Source: an uncultured Eubacteriales bacterium
GTDB lineage: Bacteria > Actinomycetota > Coriobacteriia > Anaerosomatales > JAHIQC01
Length of the DNA: 64,000 bases
NCBI GenBank assembly: GCA_964565645.1
Contig: CAZMFQ010000009.1
Location: 47,391 to 111,390 of the forward strand
Direction of reading: 5' to 3'
Shown here: positions 37,791 to 50,434 of the stretch, piece after piece
How positions within the stretch are numbered: position 1 is the first letter of the stretch
How the letters are laid out: every line of letters begins with the position of its first letter
Program-made: the position numbers and the translations under genes
Notes under the pieces: generated by a model
What the model was told of the DNA's origin: nothing
The model's database searches: none
The model's input: only the letters and a program-made list of their open reading frames with translations

Positions 37791-37912
37791 GGTCGGAAAA
37801 GCGCCTCCTTCAGGCGTCGTGCGGGGGACGCGTTCGAGGATACCACGAGCCGCGCGCCGACCCGGCCGCGGTCCGTGAGCCGCGCGCGAAGCCGGCCGCC
37901 GGTCGCGGCGCG

Positions 37913-39934
37913 TCAGGCGAGCTCGAAGTCGATACGGCCCTCGGGGATGCTCACGTTGACGACGCGCACGCGCACTCGACTCCCGAGCCGGTAGGAGCGG
38001 CCCCGCTCCTCGCCGACCAGCATGAAGCGCTCGGCGTCGTACTCGTAGAAGTCGTCGGTCATCGACCGCACGTGCACGAGCCCTTCGGCCGTGTTGTCGA
38101 GCTGGATGAACAGTCCGTAGGAGTGTGCGCCGGTGATGATCCCCTCGAAGACCTCGTCGAGATGCTCGGACATGAGCTCCGCGAGCTTGATGCGCACCGT
38201 CTCGTCCTCGGCGGACTCGGCCTCACGCTCCATCACCGAGCAGTGGTCCGCAAGCCATTCGAGCTCGGCGACCATCGCGGCGACCGGCGCGGCCTCCAGC
38301 GTACCGGTCAACTGCGCGGCGAGGAGCCGGTGCACGATGAGGTCGGGATAGCGGCGGATGGGACTCGTGAAATGGCAGTACGCCTCACTCGCGAGCCCGA
38401 AGTGCGGGGCGAGGTAGTCCGTGTAGCGCGCCCGCTGGAGCGCGCGCAGCATGAGCGAGTTGATGAGCAGCCGCTCCGGCCGGTTGTGCGCGAACGCGAT
38501 GATCTTCTGGAAGGTCTGCGGACTGGCGCCGTGGACGTCTTTGATCGGGTAATCGAACTCCTTGAGGATCACCGCCACCTGGCTGAGAGCGTCAGCGTCC
38601 GGGTCCTCATGGATGCGGTAGACCATGGGCGCCTCGGCAGCGGTCATGTGCCCGGCGACGATCTCGTTGGCGAGTATCATCGCCTCTTCGATCATGTTGG
38701 TGGCCTGGGTCCGCTCGCGAACCAGCACCTCGAGAGGCTTGCCGTTCTCGTCGAGCCTGAGCTTGGCTTCCACGCTCTCGAAGTCGAGCCCGCCGCGCGC
38801 GACGCGCCGCTTGCCGATGAGCCCGGCCACGCGCGCGAACTCGCGCAACGTACGCTCGGACCGATCGTCCGGGAAGGGCTCCTCGGCGTCGAGGAATCTC
38901 TGGACCTGCCCGTAGTCGAAGCGCCGATCCGAGCGCATCACCGAGCGGAACAGGCGATACGAACGCACGACCGCATCGTGGTCGAGGTCCATCACGACGC
39001 TGAAGGAGAGCCGGTCCTCGCCCGGATTGAGCGAGCAGATGTTGTTCGAGAGGTGCTCGGGGAGCATCGGCAGGACACGATCGACGAGGTAGACGCTCGT
39101 GGCGCGCAGCCGCGCCTCGGCGTCGATCACGCCGTCCCACGGGACGTAGTGGCTGACGTCGGCGATGTGCACGCCGAGACGGTAGCCGCCGTCCTCGGTG
39201 CGCTCGCAGGTGATCGCGTCGTCGAAATCGCGCGCGTCGACGGGATCGATGGTGATGGTGAACCAGTCGCGGATGTCCTCGCGCGCCGGATCGAGGAGCG
39301 CCTCGGCCGCGTCGAGCCTGATCGCCTCGGCCGCCTCGGTCACCTCCGGCGGGAACTCGGTCCGAAGGCCGTGCTCACGGATGACGATCTCGATCTCGAT
39401 GCCGGGATCGCCCTCGCGGCCCAAGACCTCCTCCACCACGCCCTGCGCGGCGTTGTGGCGCGACGGATACGCCGTGAGCCTGACGACCACGATGTCGCCG
39501 GTACGGGCCTCGGCGGTCGAGCCATGGGGCACGAAGACGTCGTGACGGATCCGCGCGTCGCTCGGCACGACCACGCCGAGACGCCCGCTGCGCTCGAAGC
39601 GGCCCACGAGCGTCGTGTTGGCGCGCTCGAGCACCTTGACCACCGTGCCGCTGCGACCCTGCTTGCCCGTCTTGGAGCCGAGCTTCACTCCCACGGTGTC
39701 GCCGTGCATCGCGCCATTGGTCTCGCGCGCGCCGACGTAGATGTCGCCTTCGGCGGCGGAGACGAAGCCGTATCCTTTGCGGTTCATGCTGATGCGACCG
39801 ACGATCAGCCCGCTTCGACCGGCCTTGGCCATACGCTTGGGACGGGGCACGCGAACCTCCCGGGGTTCATCGACAGGCATCGGCGCCACGGAGGACTCGG
39901 CGGCCGCGGAATGCTTGGTTCGAGGGTAACGCAA
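37913..39934 (-). CDS. rnr: Ribonuclease R
   Basis: 673 aa. Cold-shock-like N-terminal domain (GYGFV), RNB catalytic domain (DARDFDDAI, VYLVDRVLPMLP), C-terminal S1 domain. The exact start is uncertain. Confidence 0.9.
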   Translation of the reverse strand: MRYPRTKHSAAAESSVAPMPVDEPREVRVPRPKRMAKAGRSGLIVGRISMNRKGYGFVSAAEGDIYVGARETNGAMHGDTVGVKLGSKTGKQGRSGTVVKVLERANTTLVGRFERSGRLGVVVPSDARIRHDVFVPHGSTAEARTGDIVVVRLTAYPSRHNAAQGVVEEVLGREGDPGIEIEIVIREHGLRTEFPPEVTEAAEAIRLDAAEALLDPAREDIRDWFTITIDPVDARDFDDAITCERTEDGGYRLGVHIADVSHYVPWDGVIDAEARLRATSVYLVDRVLPMLPEHLSNNICSLNPGEDRLSFSVVMDLDHDAVVRSYRLFRSVMRSDRRFDYGQVQRFLDAEEPFPDDRSERTLREFARVAGLIGKRRVARGGLDFESVEAKLRLDENGKPLEVLVRERTQATNMIEEAMILANEIVAGHMTAAEAPMVYRIHEDPDADALSQVAVILKEFDYPIKDVHGASPQTFQKIIAFAHNRPERLLINSLMLRALQRARYTDYLAPHFGLASEAYCHFTSPIRRYPDLIVHRLLAAQLTGTLEAAPVAAMVAELEWLADHCSVMEREAESAEDETVRIKLAELMSEHLDEVFEGIITGAHSYGLFIQLDNTAEGLVHVRSMTDDFYEYDAERFMLVGEERGRSYRLGSRVRVRVVNVSIPEGRIDFELA

Positions 39935-40074
39935 CCGAAACCCCCGCGTCAGAACAGGATGCTAGAATGAGACACGAGGCGACGCCGCCTCGATCGAAAA
40001 CGGAGTGTGCATTGGACCGGAACAACCTCGCCCCCTGCTTCATCGGCAGCGGGACTCTCACGAACCCTCGCGAC

Positions 40075-40434
40075 ATGATCCGCGCCCTCGAGACCCTCGA
40101 GGCGGTCGAGTACCGCTACGAGCTCGACGGCGACACGATCTCCGAGGGCTCCGCGACGCTTGTGAAACTCATGTACGACACCGATTCCGCGACGCTGGTG
40201 CTCAACGGGTGCCTGTTCCTCAACGCCGCGAGTTTCACCTACCTCGACTTCGCGACCACCGAGGCGAACCGCTGCGTGGTCACCCTCCACGGAGACGGCA
40301 CGCTGCTCACGCTCACGGCCGACGCGGAGCGCGACGTGGTGGAGGTCCCGCGGGGGCAGCTCAGGCTGCTCGAGGACGCGGCGTTCGACGCGTCGTTCGT
40401 GCTCGGCGACGACGAGGACGACGAACTCGACTAG
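40075..40434 (+). CDS. Hypothetical acidic protein
   Basis: ORF 39967-40434. An internal ATG at 40075 is preferred because TGCTAGAAT (an extended -10-like element, 39960-39968) overlaps the first ATG. I recognise no motif. Confidence 0.35.
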   Translation: MIRALETLEAVEYRYELDGDTISEGSATLVKLMYDTDSATLVLNGCLFLNAASFTYLDFATTEANRCVVTLHGDGTLLTLTADAERDVVEVPRGQLRLLEDAAFDASFVLGDDEDDELD

Positions 40435-40461
40435 CGGCGCCCGCTCACGCGGTACGGTGAG

Positions 40462-41655
40462 CTAGAGCTTCTTCTCCGCCTCGGCGATCGCGCGCTGCAG
40501 CTGCGTGTCGGTCTTGGGGTCGGCGATCAGCTCGAGCTTCATCTCGACGATGACATCGGGCGTCAGTCCCACCCCGTTGATCACGCGACTCTTGGGCGTC
40601 AGATAGTGCGCCGTGGTGAACTTCACCGCTCCGCCGAACGTGAGCTCCTCGATGGTCTGCACGCTGCCCTTGCCGAAGGTCTTGGTGCCCACGAGAGTCG
40701 CGCGATCGTAGTCCTGCAGCGCTCCGCCCAAGACCTCGCTCGCCGACGCCGAGTTCTCGTTGACGAGCAGCACGAGCGGCACGTCGGTGGTGGCCACAAG
40801 GCGGTTGGCGCGCATCTCCTTCTCCGGCTTGTCGCGCTCGTCGACCCGTACGATCACGCCGTCCTCGATGAACAGCGACGCGACGTCCACGGCCTCCTGG
40901 AGCAGTCCGCCCGGATCGTTGCGCACATCGAGGACGAAGGTCCTGGCGCCCTGCTTCTGCAGGTCGAGGATCGCGGCCTGGACGTCCTCCTGGCTCTTGG
41001 CGTTGAAGCTGCCGAGCGCGATGTACCCGACGTTCTTGTCAGCGCCCATGAGCTGCTTGTGGACGTTGGGGATGTCGATGCGTGCGCGCTCGATCTCAAA
41101 GGTGTAGAGCTTGTCGGCCTCCGAGGGGCGCGAGACCACGAGCTTGACCTTGGTGCCCTCCGGGCCGCGGACGGACTTGACCACCGCGTCGCTCGTCCAG
41201 GTGCTCGGCTTCTTGCCGTCGACCTGTACCACGACGTCGTCGGCCTTCAGGCCCGCCTTCTCGGCCGGTGTGCCCTCGATGACCGAGACGATGTAGACCT
41301 TGCCGTCCTTCTCCGAGATCGTCACACCGATGCCAAAGAACTCACCGTCGTTCTGCTCGCTGAACAGCTTGTACTGCTCCGGGTCGAAGTAGACCGCGTA
41401 CTTGTCGCCATTGGATCCCAGCAGGCCGTTGATCGCGCCTGCCGTCGCCGAGGTGTCCCCCGCCGGCTCAAGCGCCTCCGAGTCGAGCAGACGACGCACC
41501 TGGTCGACCTTCTCGCCCACCGAGGAATCGCTCGTGGTCACGCTCGGCAGAGGGACGTCGGCCAGCCGGCCGACGGCGAACCCTCCCACGAACGTCGCGC
41601 CGAGCAACAGCAGAGCTATCGCGCTCGCGAGAAACACGGTCATGAAGCGGTTCAT
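40462..41655 (-). CDS. ctpA: C-terminal processing peptidase (S41) with PDZ domain
   Basis: 397 aa. N-terminal TM helix, PDZ (GIGVTI...GTPAEKAGLKADD), catalytic region (NENSASASE, GTKTFGKGSVQ). Confidence 0.85.
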   Translation of the reverse strand: MNRFMTVFLASAIALLLLGATFVGGFAVGRLADVPLPSVTTSDSSVGEKVDQVRRLLDSEALEPAGDTSATAGAINGLLGSNGDKYAVYFDPEQYKLFSEQNDGEFFGIGVTISEKDGKVYIVSVIEGTPAEKAGLKADDVVVQVDGKKPSTWTSDAVVKSVRGPEGTKVKLVVSRPSEADKLYTFEIERARIDIPNVHKQLMGADKNVGYIALGSFNAKSQEDVQAAILDLQKQGARTFVLDVRNDPGGLLQEAVDVASLFIEDGVIVRVDERDKPEKEMRANRLVATTDVPLVLLVNENSASASEVLGGALQDYDRATLVGTKTFGKGSVQTIEELTFGGAVKFTTAHYLTPKSRVINGVGLTPDVIVEMKLELIADPKTDTQLQRAIAEAEKKL

Positions 41656-41689
41656 GTGATCCTGTCCGATCCCGACGCCGGCTGGGGCG

Positions 41690-42604
41690 TCAGACTTTGA
41701 GATAGCGGCGAAGTGCGAGACCCGATCCGAGCAGGCCGATGAGCATGCCGGCGAACACGAGGATCAGCGCAAGCTGGAACATCGTGCCGCCCGCCAGATC
41801 GACCGGCAGGAACGGGACCGCCTCCCGCAGCTTGGGAAGCACAGCCGCCTGTATGGCGACCACCGAGAGGATTGCAAGAAGTGCGCCGATGAGCGACTGG
41901 ATGACACCCTCCATGAGGAACGGGGTGCGGATGAACCAGTTGCTGGCGCCGACCAGACGCATGATGCCGATCTCCTTGCGCCTGGCATAGATCGCGAGAC
42001 GGATCGTGTTGTTGATGAAGATGAGGCTCACGACCGCGAGCATCGCGATGAAGACGATGAGCACGATGCGGATGATGCGCGTGAAGGCGAAGAGCTTGTC
42101 GACGACCTGCTGACCGTACTTGAGCGAGTCCGACGGGCTGTCGGGCCGGTCGGCGACCTTCAGGAACAGCTCGTTGCCCATGATCTTGTCCACGAGCGTC
42201 TCGACCTCGCGGGGGTCTTTGAGGGTCACGTCGAGCGAAGCGGGCAACGGGTTGGTCTCGATCTGGTCGATGATCTCGGGGCTCGAGGCCATGTCCTTCT
42301 TGAACTTCTCGAGCGCGTCGTCCTTCGAGGTGTACTCGACGGTCGCGACCAGCGCGTCGGACTTGACCCAGGCCTGGAGCGCCTGGACGTCCTCGGTCTT
42401 GGCGCCGTCAGCCAGGAAGATCTGGACGGTGACCTTGTCCTCGACGGACTGCACGATCTCGGTGGCGATGACGCCCACCGCGATCGAGACGCCCACGAGC
42501 AGAAGCGAGAGGTAGATCGTGATGACCGCACCGAGGCTCATGACCCAGTTGCGGCGGAAGTTCTGCACGGACTCGCGTGCGAAGTAGCCGAAGTTAATCG
42601 CCAT
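41690..42604 (-). CDS. ftsX: Cell-division ABC transporter permease-like FtsX
   Basis: Start at ATG 42604 ([19 protein letters not shown]...). Four TM segments. Overlaps the ftsE end. Confidence 0.85.
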   Translation of the reverse strand: MAINFGYFARESVQNFRRNWVMSLGAVITIYLSLLLVGVSIAVGVIATEIVQSVEDKVTVQIFLADGAKTEDVQALQAWVKSDALVATVEYTSKDDALEKFKKDMASSPEIIDQIETNPLPASLDVTLKDPREVETLVDKIMGNELFLKVADRPDSPSDSLKYGQQVVDKLFAFTRIIRIVLIVFIAMLAVVSLIFINNTIRLAIYARRKEIGIMRLVGASNWFIRTPFLMEGVIQSLIGALLAILSVVAIQAAVLPKLREAVPFLPVDLAGGTMFQLALILVFAGMLIGLLGSGLALRRYLKV

Positions 42605-43280
42605 AGCCGTAGACACCCCGGTTCTGGTCGCGGATGATGCGGCCGCCCTCCAGCGCGATGACTCGCTTGCGCATGGAGTCGACCATCTCACGGTCGTGAG
42701 TGGCCACAAGCACCGTGGTGCCCGTCTTGTTGATGCGGTTGAGCAGACTCATGATCCCGAGCGACGTGGCCGGGTCCAGGTTTCCGGTCGGCTCGTCGGC
42801 CAGAAGGAGCGGCGGGCGGTTCACGAACGCGCGCGCGATGGACACGCGCTGCTGCTCGCCGCCGGAGAGCTCGTCGGGGTAGGACTCGATCTTGTCCTCG
42901 AGGCCCACGAGGCGGAGCACCTCGGGCACCTGCGTGCGGATCACGTGGCGCGAACGGCCGATGACCTCGAGCGCGAACGCGACGTTCTCATAGGTGGTCT
43001 TGTTCGGCAGCAGCTTGAAGTCCTGGAAGACGCACCCGATGTTCCTGCGCAGGAACGGCACCTTCCAGTTCTTGAGCTTGACGAGGTCCTGCCCTGCGAC
43101 CACGATCTGGCCGCGCGTCGGGAGGATCTCCCTGAGCAGCAGCTTGATGAACGTGGACTTGCCGGAGCCCGAGTGTCCCACCAGGAACACGAACTCGCCC
43201 TGCGCGATCTCGACATCGACATCGGTCAGGGCGGGCTTCTCGGGCACGTAGAACTTCTCAACGCCGCGCATGCTGATCAT
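42594..43280 (-). CDS. ftsE: Cell-division ATP-binding protein FtsE
   Basis: 228 aa. [30 protein letters not shown]. Confidence 0.9.
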   Translation of the reverse strand: MISMRGVEKFYVPEKPALTDVDVEIAQGEFVFLVGHSGSGKSTFIKLLLREILPTRGQIVVAGQDLVKLKNWKVPFLRRNIGCVFQDFKLLPNKTTYENVAFALEVIGRSRHVIRTQVPEVLRLVGLEDKIESYPDELSGGEQQRVSIARAFVNRPPLLLADEPTGNLDPATSLGIMSLLNRINKTGTTVLVATHDREMVDSMRKRVIALEGGRIIRDQNRGVYGYGD

Positions 43281-43453
43281 GTGGCGTGTCTCTTCCTGTC
43301 ATGAGCTTTCAAGGGCCGCTGATTCGGCCCCGACAATGGTAGCAAATACGAGCCGACAACGGGGCATCCGGAAAGAGCCTGCACCGATTCTCCACAGGCC
43401 CGTACTCAGCGCCCGGGCGCGCAGGGACCTGCCCGCGCCGGGCGTGTCCACCC

Positions 43454-44386
43454 CTACTTGCCGAGGAGCCCCTTGGCGGCAGCGGCGATATCGGCGGCCG
43501 TCAGACCGAAGTGCGCCATGAGCTCGGCCGGGTCGCCGCTCGTGCCGAAGACATCGCGCACACCCACGAGCGCCATGGGCGTCGGGGCCTTCTGCGAGAG
43601 CAGTTCGGCTACGGCGGAACCCATGCCGGCGATCACCGAGTGCTCCTCGCACGTCACGACGGCGCCGGTCTTGCGGGCGCTCGCGACAAGCGTGGCCTCG
43701 TCGAGCGGCTTGATGCTCGCCACATCGATGACCTCGGCGGAGACGCCCTCCTGTGCGAGCAGGTCCGCGGCGGCGAGCGCCTCGGCGACCATCACGCCGC
43801 ACGCAGCGAGCGTCACGTCGGAGCCCTCACGCAGCACGTAGGCACGGCCGAGCTCGAACTCGAAGTCATCGGGGTGCACCTGCGGGACAGCGGCGCGGCC
43901 GAGCCGCACGTAGAACGGCCCCGGGGTCTTTGCGGCCAGGCGCAGTGCGGCCTTGGCGGCGTTGAAGTCCGCGGGCACGAGCACCCGCATCCCGGGGAGC
44001 ACGCGCATCAACGCGAGGTCCTCGATCATCTGGTGGCTACCGCCGTCGGGGCCTACGGTGATACCCGAGTGCGTCGGCGCGAGCTTCACGTCGAGGTCGG
44101 AGTAGCACACGGTGTTGCGCACCTGGTCGTACGCGCGACCGGTGGCGAACACGGCGAAGCTGCCGGTGAAGGCGACCTTGCCCGCGACAGCGAGCCCGGC
44201 CGCGGTGTCGATCATGTTCTGCTCGGCGATACCCACGTTCACGAAACGGTCGGGGTAGGCCTTGGCGAACGATGCGGTGGTCGTGGACTTGGAGAGGTCG
44301 GCCTCGACCGCGACGACATCGACGCCGTCAGCGGCGAGTTCGATGAGCGTCTCGCCGAACGCCTCGCGGGTTGCACGCTTGCTCAT
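43454..44386 (-). CDS. tkt: Transketolase, C-terminal (pyrimidine-binding) subunit
   Basis: 310 aa. Split-type transketolase with FVNVGIAEQNM and GPDGGSHQMIEDLALMR. Confidence 0.9.
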   Translation of the reverse strand: MSKRATREAFGETLIELAADGVDVVAVEADLSKSTTTASFAKAYPDRFVNVGIAEQNMIDTAAGLAVAGKVAFTGSFAVFATGRAYDQVRNTVCYSDLDVKLAPTHSGITVGPDGGSHQMIEDLALMRVLPGMRVLVPADFNAAKAALRLAAKTPGPFYVRLGRAAVPQVHPDDFEFELGRAYVLREGSDVTLAACGVMVAEALAAADLLAQEGVSAEVIDVASIKPLDEATLVASARKTGAVVTCEEHSVIAGMGSAVAELLSQKAPTPMALVGVRDVFGTSGDPAELMAHFGLTAADIAAAAKGLLGK

Positions 44387-44389
44387 CGA

Positions 44390-45235
44390 CTAGTTCCCTT
44401 CCTCGATGGTACAGGCCAGTTCACCCGCGGCGATCTCGCACTGCTCGGCCGAAGGCGCCGCGCCGTGCCACTCCGCTTTGTCCTCCATGAACGAGACGCC
44501 CTTGCCCTTGACGGTGCTCGCGACGATGACCGTCGGCGCACCCTCGGCGGTGTCCGCCTGGGCAAACGCTGCCAACAGCTGCTCGACGTCATGTCCGTCG
44601 GCGCCGATGACGTTCCAGCCGAACGCGCGGAACTTCTCGCCGACCTCGCCGAGGTCCATGACATCGGCGCACGAGCCGTCGATCTGCAGGTTGTTGTTGT
44701 CCACGATCGCGACCACGCGGTCGAGTTTGTTGTGGGCCGCGAACATCGCGGCTTCCCAGACCTGACCCTCCTGGAGCTCTCCATCGCCGAGGAGACAGAA
44801 GACCCGGGAGGTCACGTTGCCGTCGGCACGAAGCCCCAGAGCGATGCCGTTGGCGATCGAGAGTCCCTGGCCGAGCGAGCCGGTCGAGACCTCGACGCCT
44901 GGGGTCTTCTTGCAGTCCGGGTGGCCCTGGAGCATCGAACCGAGCTTGCGCAGGGTCGACAGGTGCTCGCGGCCGAAGTAGCCCGCCTCGGCGAGCGCCG
45001 CATACAGCACCGGCGCGGCGTGGCCCTTGGAGAGCACGAAACGGTCGCGTCCGGGCATCTTGGGATCGGCCGGGTCGTGGTTCATCACACCGAAGTAGAG
45101 TGTAGCGACGATGTCCGCGGCCGAGAGCGAGCCGCCGGGGTGGCCCGAACCGGCCAGGCCGATCATCTCCACGATGTCAGCGCGCATCCGCTGCGCCGTA
45201 CGCTCGATGGTGGGGATATCCGAACGTGGTTCCAT
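44390..45235 (-). CDS. tkt: Transketolase, N-terminal (TPP-binding) subunit
   Basis: 281 aa. GSGHPGGSLS, SKGHAAP, GSLGQGLS, GDGELQEG. Confidence 0.9.
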   Translation of the reverse strand: MEPRSDIPTIERTAQRMRADIVEMIGLAGSGHPGGSLSAADIVATLYFGVMNHDPADPKMPGRDRFVLSKGHAAPVLYAALAEAGYFGREHLSTLRKLGSMLQGHPDCKKTPGVEVSTGSLGQGLSIANGIALGLRADGNVTSRVFCLLGDGELQEGQVWEAAMFAAHNKLDRVVAIVDNNNLQIDGSCADVMDLGEVGEKFRAFGWNVIGADGHDVEQLLAAFAQADTAEGAPTVIVASTVKGKGVSFMEDKAEWHGAAPSAEQCEIAAGELACTIEEGN

Positions 45236-45270
45236 GCTGCGCTCCGGTTCGATCGGCGTCGGATGGGTGA

Positions 45271-47010
<1,740 letters not shown>

Positions 47011-47025
47011 ATGAAGGGAGCCATC

Positions 47026-47457
47026 ATGCGCATCACACAAGGCGCGTTCTCGTTCCTCCCCGATCTGACCGACGAGGAGATCACGGCACAGATCGAGTAC
47101 TGCCTGCGCAACGAGTGGGCGGTCTCGGTCGAGTACACCGACGACCCGCATCCCCGCAACGTGTACTGGGAGATGTGGGGGCTGCCGATGTTCGACCTCA
47201 AGGATGCCGCCGGCATCATGGTCGAGGTCCGCGCGTGCCGCGAGGCCTTCCCGAACCACTATGTGCGCGTCACCGCGTTCGACGCGACCCACGGGGTCGA
47301 GTCCGTCGCGCTCTCGTTCATCGTGAACCGACCTGCCGAGGAGCCGGGCTTCCGCCTCTCCCGTTCCGAGGGCACCGGCCGCATGCAGCACTACACCACC
47401 GAGTCCTACGCCGTGACCCGCGCCCCGTCCGGGATGCGCTATCCGGCCGGGAAGTAG
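47026..47457 (+). CDS. cbbS: RuBisCO small subunit (red-type, extended C-terminus)
   Basis: [47 protein letters not shown]. Start at 47026 after AAGGGAG; an ATG at 47011 is also open. Confidence 0.9.
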   Translation: MRITQGAFSFLPDLTDEEITAQIEYCLRNEWAVSVEYTDDPHPRNVYWEMWGLPMFDLKDAAGIMVEVRACREAFPNHYVRVTAFDATHGVESVALSFIVNRPAEEPGFRLSRSEGTGRMQHYTTESYAVTRAPSGMRYPAGK

Positions 47458-47464
47458 GCTTGCC

Positions 47465-48418
47465 GTGAGCGACACACGCGACAGCGAGCAGCGCGCGGAC
47501 GCCGCGACCGACGTCGCGGCCGACGCCGACGAGCGCATCGATCTGGCGGCCGAATACGAGGCAGCCGGCATCGGCGAGGTGCTCGACGCGCTCGACCGCG
47601 ACCTCGTGGGCCTCGTGCCGGTGAAACGCCGCGTGCGCGAGATCGCCTCGTTGCTGCTCGTGGAGCGCGTCCGTCAGCGCGTCGGGCTCGCCGCCGAGCC
47701 GCCGTCGCTGCACATGAGCTTCACCGGCAACCCGGGCACCGGCAAGACGACGGTCGCCATGCGGATGGCCGAGATGCTCCACCGCCTGGGATATGTGCGC
47801 AAAGGCCATGTGGTGGCCGTGACCCGCGACGACCTCGTGGGCCAGTACATCGGGCACACGGCACCCAAGACCAAAGAGGTGCTCAAGCGGGCCATGGGCG
47901 GCGTGCTGTTCATAGACGAGGCGTACTTCCTGTACCGGCCCGAAAACGAGAAGGACTACGGACAGGAAGCAATCGAGATCCTGCTGCAGGTCATGGAGAA
48001 CCAGCGCGACGACATCGTCGTGATACTGGCCGGCTACCAGGACCGCATGGAGAAGTTCTTCGAGAGCAATCCCGGGATGTCCTCGCGCATCGCACACCAT
48101 GTCGAGTTCCCCGACTACACCGACGCCGAGCTGCTCGAGATCGCGACCCGCATGCTTCAGACCTGGAACTACCGCTTCGACGAGGGCGCGCAGGCGGCGT
48201 TCGCCGAGTACCTGGCGATCCGACGCGACCGGCCGCACTTTGCCAATGCGCGTTCGGTGCGCAACGCGCTCGACCGCATCCGGCTCCGTCAGGCACTGCG
48301 GCTGTTCGACGAGCGCGACGCACCCATGACCGCCGACGACCTCGCGATCATCCGCGAGCCCGAGGTACGCGGTAGCCGGCTGTTCGACGAGCCCGACGGA
48401 AACCCCGAGGAGGCGTAA
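47465..48418 (+). CDS. cbbX: AAA+ RuBisCO activase CbbX
   Basis: 317 aa, GTG start. Walker [12 protein letters not shown], Walker B VLFIDEAY. Directly follows cbbLS. Confidence 0.9.
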   Translation: MSDTRDSEQRADAATDVAADADERIDLAAEYEAAGIGEVLDALDRDLVGLVPVKRRVREIASLLLVERVRQRVGLAAEPPSLHMSFTGNPGTGKTTVAMRMAEMLHRLGYVRKGHVVAVTRDDLVGQYIGHTAPKTKEVLKRAMGGVLFIDEAYFLYRPENEKDYGQEAIEILLQVMENQRDDIVVILAGYQDRMEKFFESNPGMSSRIAHHVEFPDYTDAELLEIATRMLQTWNYRFDEGAQAAFAEYLAIRRDRPHFANARSVRNALDRIRLRQALRLFDERDAPMTADDLAIIREPEVRGSRLFDEPDGNPEEA

Positions 48419-48421
48419 GCG

Positions 48422-49495
48422 ATGCTGCTCACCAACCGCGCGACCCTGACCCAGTACCTCATCGAGCGCCGTCGCCACCGTCCCGAGGCGACCGGTGACT
48501 TCAACGAGCTCGTCCTCCAGGTCGCGCTCGTGTGCAAGAGCATCGCGAGCAAGGTCGCCCACGGATCGCTGCACCAGCTCCTGGGCGGGTCACAGGGCGA
48601 GAACGTGCAGGGCGAGGACCAGAAGATGCTCGACGTGCTCGCCAACGAGCTGTTCATCCGCACCACCGAGTGGGCGGGCGTGGTCGCGGGCATGGCTTCC
48701 GAGGAGATGGAAGCGCCCTACACGCTTCCCGATGGCATGCCGCGCGGCAAGTACCTGCTGTTGTTCGACCCGCTCGACGGCTCGAGCAACATCGACGTCA
48801 ACGTCGCCGTCGGCTCGATCTTCTCGATCCTGTGCGCGCCGCACGCCGGGCAGGACCCCGCGCTCGAGGACTTCCTGCAGCCCGGCGTGACCCAGGTCGC
48901 CGCCGGCTACGCGATCTACGGGCCCGCGACGATGCTCGTGCTCTCGGTGGGCCAGGGCACCGTCGGGTTCACACTCGACCCCGAGACCGGCGAGTTCTTT
49001 CTCACGCACCCCGAGCTGCGCGTGCCCGACTCCACCCATGAGTTCGCGATCAACGCCTCCAACAGCCGTTTCTGGGAGCCGCCGATCAAGCGCTACGTCG
49101 ACGAGTGCCTCGCGGGCAAGACCGGTCCGCGCGGCAAGGACTTCAACACGCGCTGGATCGCCTCCCTCGTGGCCGAGACCCACCGCATCCTGATGCGCGG
49201 CGGCGTGTTCCTCTACCCGCGCGACACGAAAGACCCCACGCGTGCCGGCCGCCTGCGCCTGCTCTACGAGTGCAACCCGATCGGCATGATCATTGAGCAA
49301 GCCGGGGGCCGCGCGAGCACCGGCGAGGGCCCCGTGCTCGAAGTGGCGCCGGACTCGTTGCACCAGCGCATCGGGTTCGTGTTCGGCTCCGCCGAAGAAG
49401 TCGAGCTCATCGAGCGCTACCACGCCGAGCCCGCCGACGAGGACACGTCCGAGTTCAGCGAGTCGCTCTTCAACAGCCGAGGACTGTTCCGCTAG
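48422..49495 (+). CDS. cbbF: Fructose-1,6-/sedoheptulose-1,7-bisphosphatase, class 1
   Basis: 357 aa. The TLTQYLIE N-terminus and FDPLDGSSNID metal-binding motif. Confidence 0.9.
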   Translation: MLLTNRATLTQYLIERRRHRPEATGDFNELVLQVALVCKSIASKVAHGSLHQLLGGSQGENVQGEDQKMLDVLANELFIRTTEWAGVVAGMASEEMEAPYTLPDGMPRGKYLLLFDPLDGSSNIDVNVAVGSIFSILCAPHAGQDPALEDFLQPGVTQVAAGYAIYGPATMLVLSVGQGTVGFTLDPETGEFFLTHPELRVPDSTHEFAINASNSRFWEPPIKRYVDECLAGKTGPRGKDFNTRWIASLVAETHRILMRGGVFLYPRDTKDPTRAGRLRLLYECNPIGMIIEQAGGRASTGEGPVLEVAPDSLHQRIGFVFGSAEEVELIERYHAEPADEDTSEFSESLFNSRGLFR

Positions 49496-49540
49496 ACGAC
49501 CTGACCGCGGCGTACGCGCCCGTTCGAAAGGACGCCCACG

Positions 49541-50422
49541 ATGTCCGAGAAGCATCCCATCATCGCGATCACCGGCTCGTCAGGCGCCGGCACCACGACC
49601 GTCCAGCGGACCTTCGAGCAGATCTTCCGGCGCGAGGACATCACCCCGGCCATCGTCGAGGGCGACAGCTTCCACCGCTACGACCGCGCCGAGATGAAGG
49701 CCCTACTGGCCGAGGACCAGAAGCAGGGAGGCCACCTGAGCCACTTCGGCCCGGAGGCGAACCGCTTCGAGGACCTCGAGGCGCTGTTCAAGACCTACAG
49801 CGAGTCCGGCTCCGGCTCGGCGCGCAAGTACCTCCACGACGCCGAGGAGGCGGAGCCCTTTGCGCAGGAGCCGGGGACCTTCACGCCCTGGACTCCCCTG
49901 CCGCCCGGCTCGGACCTGCTGTTCTACGAGGGACTGCACGGCGCGGTCGTCACCGACAGCGTGAACGTCGCGCAGTACCCGGACCTGCTGATCGGCGTGG
50001 TGCCGGTCATCAACCTCGAGTGGATCCAGAAGATCAACCGCGACTGCCGCTACCGGGGCTACTCGACCGAGGCGGTCACCGACGTGATCCTGCGGCGGAT
50101 GCCCGACTACGTGCACTACATCTGCCCGCAGTTCACCAAGACGCACGTGAACTTCCAGCGCGTGCCCATCGTGGACACCTCCAACCCGTTCACCTCGCGC
50201 TCGATCCCGGCGCCCGACGAAAGCATGCTCGTGATCCGGTTCGCCGATCCCAAGGGAATCGACTTTCCCTACCTGCTCTCGATGTTGCACGATTCGTTCA
50301 TGTCGCGCGCCAACACCATCGTGGCGCCCGGCGGCAAGATGGACCTCGCGATGCAACTCATCTTCACCCCGTTCATCCTGCGCATGAACGAACGGCGCAA
50401 GAAGGCACTCGCACGCGGCTGA
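49541..50422 (+). CDS. cbbP: Phosphoribulokinase
   Basis: 293 aa. HPIIAITGSSGAGTTT P-loop, EGDSFHRYDR. Confidence 0.9.
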   Translation: MSEKHPIIAITGSSGAGTTTVQRTFEQIFRREDITPAIVEGDSFHRYDRAEMKALLAEDQKQGGHLSHFGPEANRFEDLEALFKTYSESGSGSARKYLHDAEEAEPFAQEPGTFTPWTPLPPGSDLLFYEGLHGAVVTDSVNVAQYPDLLIGVVPVINLEWIQKINRDCRYRGYSTEAVTDVILRRMPDYVHYICPQFTKTHVNFQRVPIVDTSNPFTSRSIPAPDESMLVIRFADPKGIDFPYLLSMLHDSFMSRANTIVAPGGKMDLAMQLIFTPFILRMNERRKKALARG

Positions 50423-50434
50423 GAGGACACAGAC